DNA of 64,000 bases from Clostridia bacterium (GTDB lineage: Bacteria; Bacillota; Clostridia; Christensenellales; UBA1242): the NCBI GenBank assembly GCA_017467585.1, contig JAFUSR010000004.1:141918-205917 (forward strand), given 5' to 3'. The notes beneath the pieces were generated by a model. That model ran no database searches and was not told the origin of the DNA. It saw nothing but the letters and a program-made list of their open reading frames with translations. The translations under genes were made by a program, and so were the position numbers. Positions 1 through 9,797 of this stretch are shown here, piece by piece. Numbering within the stretch: position 1 is the first letter of the stretch; each line of letters begins with the position of its first letter.

Positions 1-1
1 A

Positions 2-2551
2 CCAAGCCTCAAAATTTATCAATGCGGTCTTCCAAAAGAAATGGCTCTCGAACTCTTTAAGCCATTTGTTATGAGACGCCTTGTAGACCTCAACCAAACT
101 CACAACATAAAGAGCGCAAAACGTATTGTTGAGCGTGCCCGTCCAATCGTTTGGGACGTTCTCGAAGACGTAATCAAAGATCACCCAGTTCTTTTGAACC
201 GTGCTCCAACACTTCACAGACTTTCAATTCAAGCCTTCGAACCAGTTTTGGTAGAGGGCAGAGCAATGAAGTTGCACCCACTTGTCTGCACAGCCTTCAA
301 CGCCGACTTCGACGGAGACCAAATGGCTGTTCACGTTCCACTTTCAATTGATGCTCAAACCGAAGCAAGATTCTTGATGATTGCTTCTAACAACATCTTG
401 AAATTGGCCGATGGCGAACCTATTACAGTTCCAACACAAGACATGGTATTCGGTAACTATTATTTAACTTTTGTTGCCGATGGCGAAAAGGGTGAAGGAA
501 GAAACTTCGCAAGCCCAGACGAAGCTATCATGGCTTATGAACTTGGTCAAGTTAGCCTTCAAGCAAAAATCAACGTAAGAATGCAGAAAACTGTTAATGG
601 CGTAACTTATAGCGGCAGAATTCCAACCAGTGTTGGTAGAATAATCTTTAACCAAGCAATTCCAGAAGGAATAGGTTTGATTAAGCGTGAAAAACCAGAA
701 GATTATTTAAAGCTCGAAGTTGACTATCCAGTAGGAAAGAAACAACTTAAAGCCATCATCAAAGCATGCTATAATAACCTTGGACCAACTGCAACCGCAA
801 TCATGCTCGACAAGGTTAAAGACCAAGGCTACAAATATGCAACAAAATCTTCACTTACTGCAAACTTGTTTGACATTCAAACCAGTCCAAAACGTGGAGA
901 AATTATTGCCGAAGCAAACGAACTTGCAAAAACAACAGAAAAACAATTCAAACGTGGACTTATTACTGCTGAAGAAAAGAGCAACAGAATTGTTAACATT
1001 TGGATTGAAGCTCGTAAGAAAATGGAAGATGCAACCATTGATGTATACGAATCTAAAAACCCACTTAAAATGATGGTAGATTCATCTGCCCGTGGAACAA
1101 AGGGTAACATGTGCGACCTTGCTGGTCTTCGTGGAATCATGATGACAACATCAGGAAAAGCCATCGAAGTTCCAATTCGTTCAAGCTTTAAAGATGGACT
1201 ATCAGTTATTGAATACTTCATTGCCACTCGTGGTGGTAGAAAAGGAATGGTCGACAAGGCTCTTAAAACAGCCGACGCCGGTTATTTGACTCGTCGTCTT
1301 GTCGACGTAGCTCAAGAAGTTGTTGTCGACGATGAAGACTGTTTTGCAACCCTTGGCGAAAAAGTTAAGGGAATGGAAATCACTCCAATCTATGACGACG
1401 AAAGTGAAGTAGAATCAATCGACAAGAGAATTGTCGGAAGAGTTGCAGTAGATGATGTTCTTCATCCACAAACTGGCGAAAAACTTGCGTTTGCAAACGA
1501 AATGATAACCGAAGAGCAAGCAAAAGCAATTGCTGCTGCAGGAATCAAAAAGGTTAACATTAGAACCGTGTTTACTTGCAAGAGCAAATATGGTGTATGC
1601 TCTAAGTGTTATGGTCGCAACATGGCCAGCCGTGACCTTGTTCAAGTTGGTGAAGCTGTTGGTATTATCGCAGCTCAATCAATTGGTGAACTTGGAACAC
1701 AGCTTACCATGAACGTCTTCCACGCCGGTGGAACAGCGAACAACGCCGAAGATATCACACAAGGTCTTCCTCGTGTTGAAGAAATCTTCGAGGCCAAAAA
1801 ACCTCATGGTGTTGCTGTAATCAGCGAAGTTGCTGGTGTTGTTAAAGTTGCTGACGAAGCAAAACAACAAGTTGTTATTGTAACAAGCGACGGAACAGAA
1901 GTTTCTTATTCAACACCTTATGGCGCTAAATATAAAGTAGAAAAGGGCAGCAAGGTAGAACCTGGCAGTCTAATTACCGAAGGACCAATCGACCCTAAAG
2001 ACTTGCTTTTAATCAAGGGTGTAAAAGAAACACAAGACTACATGATGAGAGAAGTCCTCAAGGTTTATAAAAAATCTTCTTGCGAAGTTAACGACAAACA
2101 CCTCGAAATAATCATTCGTCAAATGCTTAAAAAGGTTAAGGTTGTCGAAGCTGGCGACACAGACATGCTTCCTGGCGACCTTGTTGATATCTTCAAATAC
2201 GAAGAAGAAAACGAAAGAGTTCTCGCAAATGGCGGCGAACCTGCAACAGTTAAACGTGTGCTCCTTTCAATCACAAAATCTGCTCTTGCAACCGATAGCT
2301 TCCTTAGTGCTGCTTCCTTCCAAGAGACAGTCAGAGTCCTCACCGACGCTGCAATTAAAAACAGCGTAGACCCACTTGTTGGTCTTAAGGGCAACGTAAT
2401 CATCGGAAAACTTATTCCAGCCGGAACTGGTTTGAAGCGTTATCGCGACGTAACACCAACCGAGGTTGGCTCTTATGGTGACACACCAAAGAAAACCGTT
2501 TCAGCATACGACAATGTTCCAGCTTTTGAGAATATTGAAGTAGATGAATAA
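2..2551 (+). CDS. rpoC: DNA-directed RNA polymerase subunit beta' (C-terminal ~850 aa; 5' end lies outside the window)
   Basis: ORF 41..2551 stays open in frame back to nt 2 (..[17 protein letters not shown]..). [12 protein letters not shown] catalytic motif present. Two hairpin terminators follow. Confidence 0.97.
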   Translation, partial: PSLKIYQCGLPKEMALELFKPFVMRRLVDLNQTHNIKSAKRIVERARPIVWDVLEDVIKDHPVLLNRAPTLHRLSIQAFEPVLVEGRAMKLHPLVCTAFNADFDGDQMAVHVPLSIDAQTEARFLMIASNNILKLADGEPITVPTQDMVFGNYYLTFVADGEKGEGRNFASPDEAIMAYELGQVSLQAKINVRMQKTVNGVTYSGRIPTSVGRIIFNQAIPEGIGLIKREKPEDYLKLEVDYPVGKKQLKAIIKACYNNLGPTATAIMLDKVKDQGYKYATKSSLTANLFDIQTSPKRGEIIAEANELAKTTEKQFKRGLITAEEKSNRIVNIWIEARKKMEDATIDVYESKNPLKMMVDSSARGTKGNMCDLAGLRGIMMTTSGKAIEVPIRSSFKDGLSVIEYFIATRGGRKGMVDKALKTADAGYLTRRLVDVAQEVVVDDEDCFATLGEKVKGMEITPIYDDESEVESIDKRIVGRVAVDDVLHPQTGEKLAFANEMITEEQAKAIAAAGIKKVNIRTVFTCKSKYGVCSKCYGRNMASRDLVQVGEAVGIIAAQSIGELGTQLTMNVFHAGGTANNAEDITQGLPRVEEIFEAKKPHGVAVISEVAGVVKVADEAKQQVVIVTSDGTEVSYSTPYGAKYKVEKGSKVEPGSLITEGPIDPKDLLLIKGVKETQDYMMREVLKVYKKSSCEVNDKHLEIIIRQMLKKVKVVEAGDTDMLPGDLVDIFKYEEENERVLANGGEPATVKRVLLSITKSALATDSFLSAASFQETVRVLTDAAIKNSVDPLVGLKGNVIIGKLIPAGTGLKRYRDVTPTEVGSYGDTPKKTVSAYDNVPAFENIEVDE

Positions 2552-2563
2552 AACAAACAAAAA

Positions 2564-2590
2564 AAGATGGCTAGTTTAGCCATCTTTTTT
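2564..2590 (+). terminator. intrinsic terminator after rpoC
   Basis: AAGATGGCTA-GTT-TAGCCATCTT perfect 10-bp stem followed by a T-run. Confidence 0.8.
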
Positions 2591-2621
2591 GCTGCAAAAT
2601 TTTCACAACAAATGTTCACCC

Positions 2622-2650
2622 AAAACCACCGTTTCGGTGGTTTTTTATTT
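2622..2650. terminator. bidirectional terminator between rpoC and gltX
   Basis: AAAACCACCG-TTT-CGGTGGTTTT stem flanked by an A-run and a T-run. Confidence 0.8.
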
Positions 2651-2654
2651 TAAT

Positions 2655-4304
2655 TTATAAACTATTAATCATGTTTTGCAGCCTGTTTTTAACCTTGTCC
2701 TTTCCGAGTAATTGCATAATTGAGCAGAGGTCTGGGGTGGCTGTTTTTCCGGTTACGGCAACTCTAACAAGGTTGCAAGCATCAGCAACATTTCCGGCAT
2801 ATGCACTTGGGTTTGCTTTATATTCTTTGTTATCTGCAAAGTTGTGGCCGAGTGCAATTTGCTTAATTTGGTCAAACCATGCTTGCTTGTCTAATTTGTG
2901 GTCATATTTTTCTATATATTCTTTTAAGAAATCTTTAGCAGAATTTTTATTGATTCTTTCATCAATGGTGGCAGGGGCAATATCGTTAAAGATATAATCA
3001 TAAAGGTCTTTAACCATGCTCCAAGCAAAGATATCTTTTCTTGGTCTGTCGCCGCCACGGTCAATAGAAAGCATTTTTATCATTGTTTCCTTGTTATTTT
3101 GCAGTAAATTAGCATATTTGCCGTCAAATTTCTCTGCCCAAGCATAGATTTCTGCAAAAACACGCTCTGCAGGCCATCTGCTTATGATATTTTTAGAAAT
3201 GTTGTTAAGTTTTTCAAAATCAAACATTGGGTTGTTACTGCCAATCTTTTTGATAGAAAATGGAAATTCAGCAATGTCAGAAAGTGGGTTTTGGTTTCTC
3301 CACATTTCAAAGTCGCTGTTGAGCAAGTTTAACACATATTCTTTTACTGCTTCTTTTGGATAGCCTTGTTCAATATAAAATCTAACGTCAGCTTCTGGGT
3401 CTTTTCTTTTAGAGAGCTTTCGTTTGTTTCCGTCATCAAGCTTGCTAATAACTGGTGTGTGTGCATATTTTGGTGGTTTCAAGCCGAGTGCCAAAAATGT
3501 TTCAATGTGCGCAGCAACGCTAGGATACCATTCCTCGCCACGTACAACAATTGTTGTTCCCATAAGAGTGTCGTCAACAACATGAGCAAGTGCATAAGGA
3601 GGAATCCCATTGCTCTTAACAAGAACAATATCTTTTCCGTTTTCACGAATAACGCGTTTCCCCTTAATAAGGTCAACAAAATCGTGTTGTTTTTCAGGAT
3701 CGCCAGTCGAAAGAAGCTTTAGTGCCCAAGGTTTTCCTGCTTCAATGTTTGCTTTAATCTGTTCAAAACTCAAATTTCTGCAGTGTTCATCATGTTCGGT
3801 TATCGTTTCGCTTTCAGAGAGTTCTTTTTCTCTGCGCTCCAAAATGTCTTCTTTGCTGTCGTTTGCACCGCAAAAACAAGGGAAAGCCCTTCCTCGTTTC
3901 ACAAGTTCTTTTGCAAAAGTTTGATATATTTCTGTTCTGTGGCTTTGAACATAGTCGCCATATTCGCCAATTTGTTCAAGGTTATCTCCGCGATATCCTT
4001 CATCTGGTTTTACGCCATAATAACAGAGCATGTCATATGCAACGTCGCCAGCACCAGGAATATATCTTTTTTGGTCAGTATCTTCAAGTCTCAAATAAAA
4101 GACACCATGAGTTTTTGTTGCGGTAATTCTGCTTATCATTGCAGAATAAAGGTGTCCAATATGCAAATAGCCTGTTGGGCTAGGACCAAGCCTTGTGACC
4201 TCAGCTCCAGCAGGGAGCTTTCGGGCAGGGTAAACATTAAGATAATATTGCATATCGTGTTGAACGTTTGGGTAAAGCAGTTCAGCTAATTTGTTATAAT
4301 CCAT
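2655..4304 (-). CDS. gltX: glutamyl-tRNA synthetase family class I aaRS
   Basis: PSPTGYLHIGH (HIGH) and KLSKRK (KMSKS-like) motifs. 549-aa uninterrupted ORF. Confidence 0.85.
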   Translation of the reverse strand: MDYNKLAELLYPNVQHDMQYYLNVYPARKLPAGAEVTRLGPSPTGYLHIGHLYSAMISRITATKTHGVFYLRLEDTDQKRYIPGAGDVAYDMLCYYGVKPDEGYRGDNLEQIGEYGDYVQSHRTEIYQTFAKELVKRGRAFPCFCGANDSKEDILERREKELSESETITEHDEHCRNLSFEQIKANIEAGKPWALKLLSTGDPEKQHDFVDLIKGKRVIRENGKDIVLVKSNGIPPYALAHVVDDTLMGTTIVVRGEEWYPSVAAHIETFLALGLKPPKYAHTPVISKLDDGNKRKLSKRKDPEADVRFYIEQGYPKEAVKEYVLNLLNSDFEMWRNQNPLSDIAEFPFSIKKIGSNNPMFDFEKLNNISKNIISRWPAERVFAEIYAWAEKFDGKYANLLQNNKETMIKMLSIDRGGDRPRKDIFAWSMVKDLYDYIFNDIAPATIDERINKNSAKDFLKEYIEKYDHKLDKQAWFDQIKQIALGHNFADNKEYKANPSAYAGNVADACNLVRVAVTGKTATPDLCSIMQLLGKDKVKNRLQNMINSL

Positions 4305-4375
4305 AATTTCTCCATTGTTGCACTAAAATAATAAATTTTGTATAATTTTATCTTGTTTTTGCAGTTTTCTGCAAT

Positions 4376-4969
4376 TTATTCAATGTTAGATTCGTCTAAA
4401 AATGTTGCTTCCAGGTCTGCAATGTGAAGAAGGATTGCAAGGGGATATTTGTTGTAAGCCTTGTTGTAGTCAATGCTTCCGCCTTGAACTCTGGTGTCAA
4501 ATCCGCCCATGTGCCAGTTGATCGCAATGGCCTCTTCTCTAGAGAGTCTTAAAAAGCCATTAATTATATAAACACTCTTTTCACCATGACCATAAGGCAG
4601 TTGGTCGTCGACGGTGTAATAAGGCTTTTGAACCCAAACGCCATCTTCTTTAACATTTCTCATTTCAACTTTATAGTAGTTTACTTTGCAAATGTCGTGC
4701 AAAAGTCCGCAGAGAGCAACGGTTTCTGGGTTGTATCCGCCCTCGCCATATTCAGTTATCATGAGTTTTTCAAGTCTCTCATAAACATTTAGGCTGTGTT
4801 GGCAAAGGCCGCCCTCTTCGCTCAAGTGAAATCTGCTGCTGGCAGGGCAGGTGTAAAAGTCGGTGGTTTCGAGCCACTCTAAAAGCTTGTCAACACCCTC
4901 ACGTTTAACATTGTTTTTCATAATGTTAATAAAGTCTTCTTTATTTTGTTCAATAATTTCTCTGTCCAT
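4376..4969 (-). CDS. HD-domain phosphohydrolase
   Basis: H..HD signature (CGLLHDICK) and a later HIADLEA motif. 197 aa. Confidence 0.65.
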   Translation of the reverse strand: MDREIIEQNKEDFINIMKNNVKREGVDKLLEWLETTDFYTCPASSRFHLSEEGGLCQHSLNVYERLEKLMITEYGEGGYNPETVALCGLLHDICKVNYYKVEMRNVKEDGVWVQKPYYTVDDQLPYGHGEKSVYIINGFLRLSREEAIAINWHMGGFDTRVQGGSIDYNKAYNKYPLAILLHIADLEATFLDESNIE

Positions 4970-5070
4970 AATGTTTTCCTTATGTGAGTATTATACACCC
5001 ATCACACATATCAACGCAACTTTTTGTAGATTTTAAAATATTTATATTTTAAATACCAAAATAAAAAAAC

Positions 5071-5099
5071 AAAAGATGTGAAAATTTCACATCTTTTTT
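5071..5099. terminator. bidirectional hairpin terminator
   Basis: AAAAGATGTGAAA-A-TTTCACATCTTTT palindrome with flanking A- and T-runs. Confidence 0.7.
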
Positions 5100-5192
5100 A
5101 GTAAATTCATCTGAATTTGCAAAAATGCTATAATAAGTGCACAATTTATACCCGCAAAACAGGCAAAAAACGCAAAACTGGCGTGTTTATGC

Positions 5193-6374
5193 TTATTTTA
5201 CATCCAAAATATCTAGCACTTCTTTAATTGCCTTCATGGCTTTGTCCATTTGTTCCTTTGTGTGCGTTGCAGTATATGATGTTCTAAGAAGTGCATATCC
5301 AACAGGGGTTGCAGGGCTAACAACAGGGTTAACATAAACTCCACGCTCGAGGAGCAGTTTGCATGCAACAAACGCTTTTTCGTCATCGTAAACATAGATT
5401 GGAATAATTGGAGTTGTGCTGTCAATTATTTTAACACCCAGCTTTTTAAGTCCAGTTCTCATATAGTTTGAAATTTCGGTTAAGGCTTTAACTCTTTCAG
5501 GGTGTTCTTTTAAGAGTTTCAAACTTTGTCTTGCACATGCAACACTTGCTGGTGTTATGCTGGCACTAAAAATATATGGTCTAGATGTGTGTTTAACATA
5601 TTCAACAACGCGTTTGCTTGCGGCCATATAGCCACCAAGCGAGGCGAGTGATTTAGAAAATGTTCCCATGATGATATCAACATCATCTTCAAGTCCAAAA
5701 TGTTCTGCTGTTCCACGTCCGTGAGCACCAAGAACACCAAGTCCGTGGGCATCATCAACCATAACGCGGGCACCATATTTTTTAGCGAGCCTAACAATTT
5801 CAGGCAGTTTGCAAATTTCTCCGCTCATGCTAAACACGCCATCAGTTACAATCAAAATTCCACATTCAGCAGGAACGGTCTTGAGCTTTTCTTCCAAGTC
5901 CTCCATGTCGCCATGAGCATAGCGCAACATTTTTGCATAACTTAGTTTTATTGCGTCATAAATGCTTGCATGATTTTCTCTGTCGCAAAGAACATAGTCG
6001 TTTCTTCCGCAGATTGCAGAAATAATTCCAAGGTTACTTTGAAAGCCGGTAGAAAATGTCATGCACGCTTCTTTGTGCAAAAATTCAGCTAATTCTTTTT
6101 CAAGTTTAACATGAATATCAAGTGTTCCGTTTAAAAATCTTGAACCGCTGTTTCCGGCCCCATATTTTCTGAGTGCCTCAACGCCGGCTTCAATAACGCT
6201 TGGTTCGCTAGTAAAGCCCAAATAGTTGTTAGAACCAATCATAATTGTGTCGTGGTTTTCCATGACAACTTGTGTGTCTTGTCCAGATGTTAGTTCGTGA
6301 AAGTAAGGATATATTCCTTTTTCTTGAACTTCATCAAATAATTGTTTTTTAAATACTTTTTCAAATAAGTCCAT
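5193..6374 (-). CDS. PLP-dependent alpha-oxoamine synthase, serine palmitoyltransferase-like
   Basis: GSRFLNGT, STGFQSNLG, DDAHGLGVLG and PLP-lysine motif GTFSKSLASLGGY. The motif pattern is closer to Spt than to BioF or Kbl as I remember those sequences. Confidence 0.8.
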   Translation of the reverse strand: MDLFEKVFKKQLFDEVQEKGIYPYFHELTSGQDTQVVMENHDTIMIGSNNYLGFTSEPSVIEAGVEALRKYGAGNSGSRFLNGTLDIHVKLEKELAEFLHKEACMTFSTGFQSNLGIISAICGRNDYVLCDRENHASIYDAIKLSYAKMLRYAHGDMEDLEEKLKTVPAECGILIVTDGVFSMSGEICKLPEIVRLAKKYGARVMVDDAHGLGVLGAHGRGTAEHFGLEDDVDIIMGTFSKSLASLGGYMAASKRVVEYVKHTSRPYIFSASITPASVACARQSLKLLKEHPERVKALTEISNYMRTGLKKLGVKIIDSTTPIIPIYVYDDEKAFVACKLLLERGVYVNPVVSPATPVGYALLRTSYTATHTKEQMDKAMKAIKEVLDILDVK

Positions 6375-6383
6375 TTTATTCTC

Positions 6384-7172
6384 CTAATAAAGTTTATAAA
6401 CTAAATAATTTGACCATCTCACCGGCAAAATTTTAAGCAAAGATGAGATGCATTTATAGCCAAATCCAACTGACGAAATGAGTGGTGGATTTTTTCTTCT
6501 CGCAACTTTGTAAACTTGTTTTGCGACAGCAATAGGCTTCATTCCGTTAATCTCAGCTTTTTCCATGTTGTCAGTTTTCTTTTTAACTATGTCGCCATAA
6601 GCCTCATTTGTCTGTTCGTTTTTCTCGCGAGCAGCAGTAAATCCAGTGTTGATATCCCCTGGTCGAACACATGCAACCCTAATGCCCTGGCTTCTAACTT
6701 CTTTAGATAGTGCAAGGGCAAAACTCTCTATTGCAGCCTTGGTTGCGCTGTAACATGCTTGAAATGGAATGGCGGCAGGGGCTGCTACTGAACTGGTAAA
6801 AATTATTTTTCCCTTGCTTTCTCTTAAATAAGGAATATATATTTTGCACATATCTATGTGGGCAATAATATTCACGGCAAAAATTTTTTCAACTTTTTCT
6901 TTTTCGGTAAACTCAATTGCTCCGCTAATTCCAAAACCGGCGTTGTTATAAAGAACGTCGATTTGTCCTTCTTTTGTGAAAATCTCTTTAGCAATTTTTT
7001 GCATTGTTTCTGAGTCGCAAATGTTGCCTTGATAATAGTTGAACTTCACATCAACTTTTTCTGGTGCATCCATGGCGATTCCATAAACGGTGTAACCTTT
7101 TTCCAAAAAGTAGTTGGCAGTCGCAAGGCCGATTCCGCTGCTAGCTCCAGAAATAACAATAACTTTTTTCAT
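6384..7172 (-). CDS. short-chain dehydrogenase/reductase (classical SDR), co-oriented 9 nt upstream of the Spt-like gene
   Basis: GASSGIG cofactor motif, NNAG, catalytic YSATK. Confidence 0.85.
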   Translation of the reverse strand: MKKVIVISGASSGIGLATANYFLEKGYTVYGIAMDAPEKVDVKFNYYQGNICDSETMQKIAKEIFTKEGQIDVLYNNAGFGISGAIEFTEKEKVEKIFAVNIIAHIDMCKIYIPYLRESKGKIIFTSSVAAPAAIPFQACYSATKAAIESFALALSKEVRSQGIRVACVRPGDINTGFTAAREKNEQTNEAYGDIVKKKTDNMEKAEINGMKPIAVAKQVYKVARRKNPPLISSVGFGYKCISSLLKILPVRWSNYLVYKLY

Positions 7173-7288
7173 ATTATCTCCTAAAATAATTGATTTAATT
7201 ATACTATTTTGTGTTTGGTTAAGTAAAGCGATTTTTATTAAAATATAACTAATTAAGATGTTATAATTTTTACATAAATCAACATATC

Positions 7289-7317
7289 AAAAAAATGGGC
7301 AAACATGCCCATTTTTT
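7289..7317. terminator. bidirectional hairpin terminator
   Basis: ATGGGCA-AACA-TGCCCAT stem with an A-run and a T-run. Confidence 0.7.
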
Positions 7318-7351
7318 AGAACAAAATAACAAATTTTTGCAATTTTTATAT

Positions 7352-8095
7352 TTATTTTAAATTTAAAAAGTCAATAATTCCAACAAAAATGCAATTTACT
7401 ATCTTTTCTTGATAACTTTGGTCTAAAAGTAATTGCTCATCTCTTGCGTTGCTTAAAAATCCACATTCAGCAATAACACTAGGACTTTCTGTGCATTTAA
7501 GCATATAATAATCCCCAACACTGGCCACATCGTTGCTGGCTTCAAGGTTTTCGGCAAATTGTTTTTGAATGCTTTCTGCAATTTTTCTGCTTATTTCGCT
7601 GGTCTTGTCATAAAACATTTTTGCTCCGCGCAAAACGTGATTAGTAAAGCTGTTCATGTGAACACTCACAACCATGTTTGGTCTTATTTTGCTTATCATT
7701 TCTTTGCGAAGGCGCATGTCTTCTTTTTTAAAAGATTTTCCGGTGAGGCCATCAGCAAGACTGTTTTCGTCTGTTCGAGTCATGATAACCCTAATTCCAA
7801 CCGCGCGCAATTTGTCGGCAAGCATGAGCGACAGTTTCAAATTTAAATCACTTTCTTTCACCTTGGTTTTATACCCAATGCTTCCGGGATCAATTCCACC
7901 ATGACCTGGGTCAACCACAATGGTGTAGCCAACGCTCGGCGGAGTTATTGTTGGATCTTCATCATTTGTTACCGCGAACGAAACTGACCCAAAACAAATG
8001 CCACAACCTAAAATAATTGCACACAAAAAAATTAAAATTTTTTGAATTTTAATCGAGAGTGGGTGGCTTATTGTCTTGCGAAAATTTTCCATCAA
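7352..8095 (-). CDS. N-acetylmuramoyl-L-alanine amidase (Amidase_3, CwlD-like) with N-terminal membrane anchor
   Basis: VVDPGHGGIDPGS and VSVHMNS zinc-amidase motifs. N-terminal hydrophobic helix. Confidence 0.8.
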   Translation of the reverse strand: MMENFRKTISHPLSIKIQKILIFLCAIILGCGICFGSVSFAVTNDEDPTITPPSVGYTIVVDPGHGGIDPGSIGYKTKVKESDLNLKLSLMLADKLRAVGIRVIMTRTDENSLADGLTGKSFKKEDMRLRKEMISKIRPNMVVSVHMNSFTNHVLRGAKMFYDKTSEISRKIAESIQKQFAENLEASNDVASVGDYYMLKCTESPSVIAECGFLSNARDEQLLLDQSYQEKIVNCIFVGIIDFLNLK

Positions 8096-8113
8096 TGATA
8101 TAATGTATTAAAT

Positions 8114-8524
8114 ATGGAAGAATTATTCACGGCAGATAAAATATGGACAGACGAACAAATTCGAGAAGTAAACCCACTCGAATTAGCTTTTGTTGGCGAC
8201 GCTGTTTTCAGTTTGTTTGTCAGACGAAACTTGGTGAATAACCACAACACAAACACAAACGTTTTGTCGAAGCGGGCAAGCAAAGTGGTTAACGCTGGCG
8301 CACAATATCAAATTTACAGAAAGATAGAACCAACACTAACTGAATTTGAAACCGAATTGTGTCACAGAGCCAGAAATGCCAACATTCACAGCAAGGCAAA
8401 AAACTATTCAGTTACCGAATATATCTATGCAACTGCTTTTGAGGCCCTGCTCGGATATCTATATTTAACAAAAAAAACGCAAAGACTAAATCAAATATTG
8501 CAAATTTCAGTGGAGAATTTATGA
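8114..8524 (+). CDS. mrnC: Mini-ribonuclease 3
   Basis: LAFVGDAV..RN..AFEALLGYLYL RNase III-like signature. 136 aa. Sits directly upstream of rlmB as in Bacillus. Confidence 0.85.
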   Translation: MEELFTADKIWTDEQIREVNPLELAFVGDAVFSLFVRRNLVNNHNTNTNVLSKRASKVVNAGAQYQIYRKIEPTLTEFETELCHRARNANIHSKAKNYSVTEYIYATAFEALLGYLYLTKKTQRLNQILQISVENL

Positions 8525-9234
8525 AATTAGAAGGAAAAAATCCAATAAGAGAAAGGATTGCCAGTGGCAAGCCATTTGATAAAATTTATGTTCAAGACAA
8601 AATTTCAGATTCTGAAATCAGAAACTGGGTTCAAATTGCAAAACAAAACCACACAAAAATTGAGTGGGTAGATTCTAAAACTCTTGACAAACTCTCAGAA
8701 ACTGGTCATCATCAGGGCATAATTGCAGAGTGCACAGACTTTGAATATTCCGATCTTGATGAAATATCAAGCAGAGAAGGAGATCTTTTGCTTGTTTTGC
8801 TCGACGGTCTTCAAGACCCACACAACCTTGGCAGTGTAATCAGGGTTGCAGAGTGTGTTGGTGCCAATGCAGTTGTTATTCCTGCTCGCCATAGCGTTGT
8901 GGTCAACGAAACGGTAATCCGTGTTTCGGCCGGTGCAACAGCCCATGTTCCAGTTTGCAAGGTGGGAAATCTAAATTCAGCAATTGAAAAACTTAAAGAG
9001 AAAAACATTTGGGTATATGCTGCCGACATGGATGGGCAGAGCATGTATAAAACCGACCTTACCGGAAGAACGGCAATAGTAATAGGTGCTGAAGGTGCAG
9101 GCGTTTCTCGCCTCACCAAAGAGACTTGTGATGGCGTTGTAAGCATTCCAATGCGCGGCAAGGTTAACTCGCTTAATGCGAGTGTAAGTGCCGGAATTCT
9201 GCTTTATGAATCACTCAGACAAAGGAGCAAATAG
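8521..9234 (+). CDS. rlmB: 23S rRNA 2'-O-ribose methyltransferase, TrmH/SpoU family (RlmB-like)
   Basis: SpoU MTase motifs (DGLQDPHNLGSVIRVAE, GAEGAGVS, SLNASVSAGILLYE). ATGA overlap with mrnC. Confidence 0.85.
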   Translation: MKLEGKNPIRERIASGKPFDKIYVQDKISDSEIRNWVQIAKQNHTKIEWVDSKTLDKLSETGHHQGIIAECTDFEYSDLDEISSREGDLLLVLLDGLQDPHNLGSVIRVAECVGANAVVIPARHSVVVNETVIRVSAGATAHVPVCKVGNLNSAIEKLKEKNIWVYAADMDGQSMYKTDLTGRTAIVIGAEGAGVSRLTKETCDGVVSIPMRGKVNSLNASVSAGILLYESLRQRSK

Positions 9235-9235
9235 T

Positions 9236-9787
9236 TTGAAACTTTCAAGCGAACAACTAGAAGATTTAATAGTTAAATTTTCAAGCACAATCAGGGCAAT
9301 ATCTAGAAGATATTATCTTGTTGGTGGAGGCGAAGACGACCTTTATCAAGAAGGAATGATTGGGCTGTTTCAGGCTTGCAAAAATTATCATGGCGAGGGC
9401 GACCAAAATTCAGAAGAGTTTAAAGCTTTTGCCATAATGTGCATAAAAAGGCAAATTTATGATGCCATAAAATCAGCCAACAAAAAGCATAACGAACCAC
9501 TCAACAACTATGTTCCTATAATCAAAACAAATAGTGAAAATCAAGAATACGAGCGCACAGATATTTTAGAAATTGCTGAGGAGTATAACCCTGAAGAACT
9601 GTTTCTCGACAAAGAAGAGCATATCGAAAAACTCAATTTGGTAAAAAGCAAATTGAGTGAATTCGAAAACCAAGTCCTCGACCTATATCTCTCGGGTGAA
9701 AGACAGTCAGAAATTGCAAAACAACTAAAAAAAGATGTAAAAAGCATAGATAACACAATTCAAAGAATCAAAAACAAACTAAAATAG
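9236..9787 (+). CDS. sigma-70 family sigma factor, SigH-like
   Basis: Region 2 (DDLYQEGMIGLF) and region 4 HTH (SEIAKQLKKDVKSIDNTIQRIKNKL). The ORF track starts at 9188. I moved the start to TTG 9236 because AAGGAG lies 8 nt upstream and rlmB stops at 9234. Confidence 0.75.
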   Translation: MKLSSEQLEDLIVKFSSTIRAISRRYYLVGGGEDDLYQEGMIGLFQACKNYHGEGDQNSEEFKAFAIMCIKRQIYDAIKSANKKHNEPLNNYVPIIKTNSENQEYERTDILEIAEEYNPEELFLDKEEHIEKLNLVKSKLSEFENQVLDLYLSGERQSEIAKQLKKDVKSIDNTIQRIKNKLK

Positions 9788-9797
9788 GAGGCAACTC

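Noticed and set aside
9188-9235. N-terminal extension of the sigma factor (MPEFCFMNHSDKGANS) overlapping the rlmB 3' end
   Set aside because: No SD precedes 9188. A strong AAGGAG lies 8 nt before TTG 9236, just after the rlmB stop codon.
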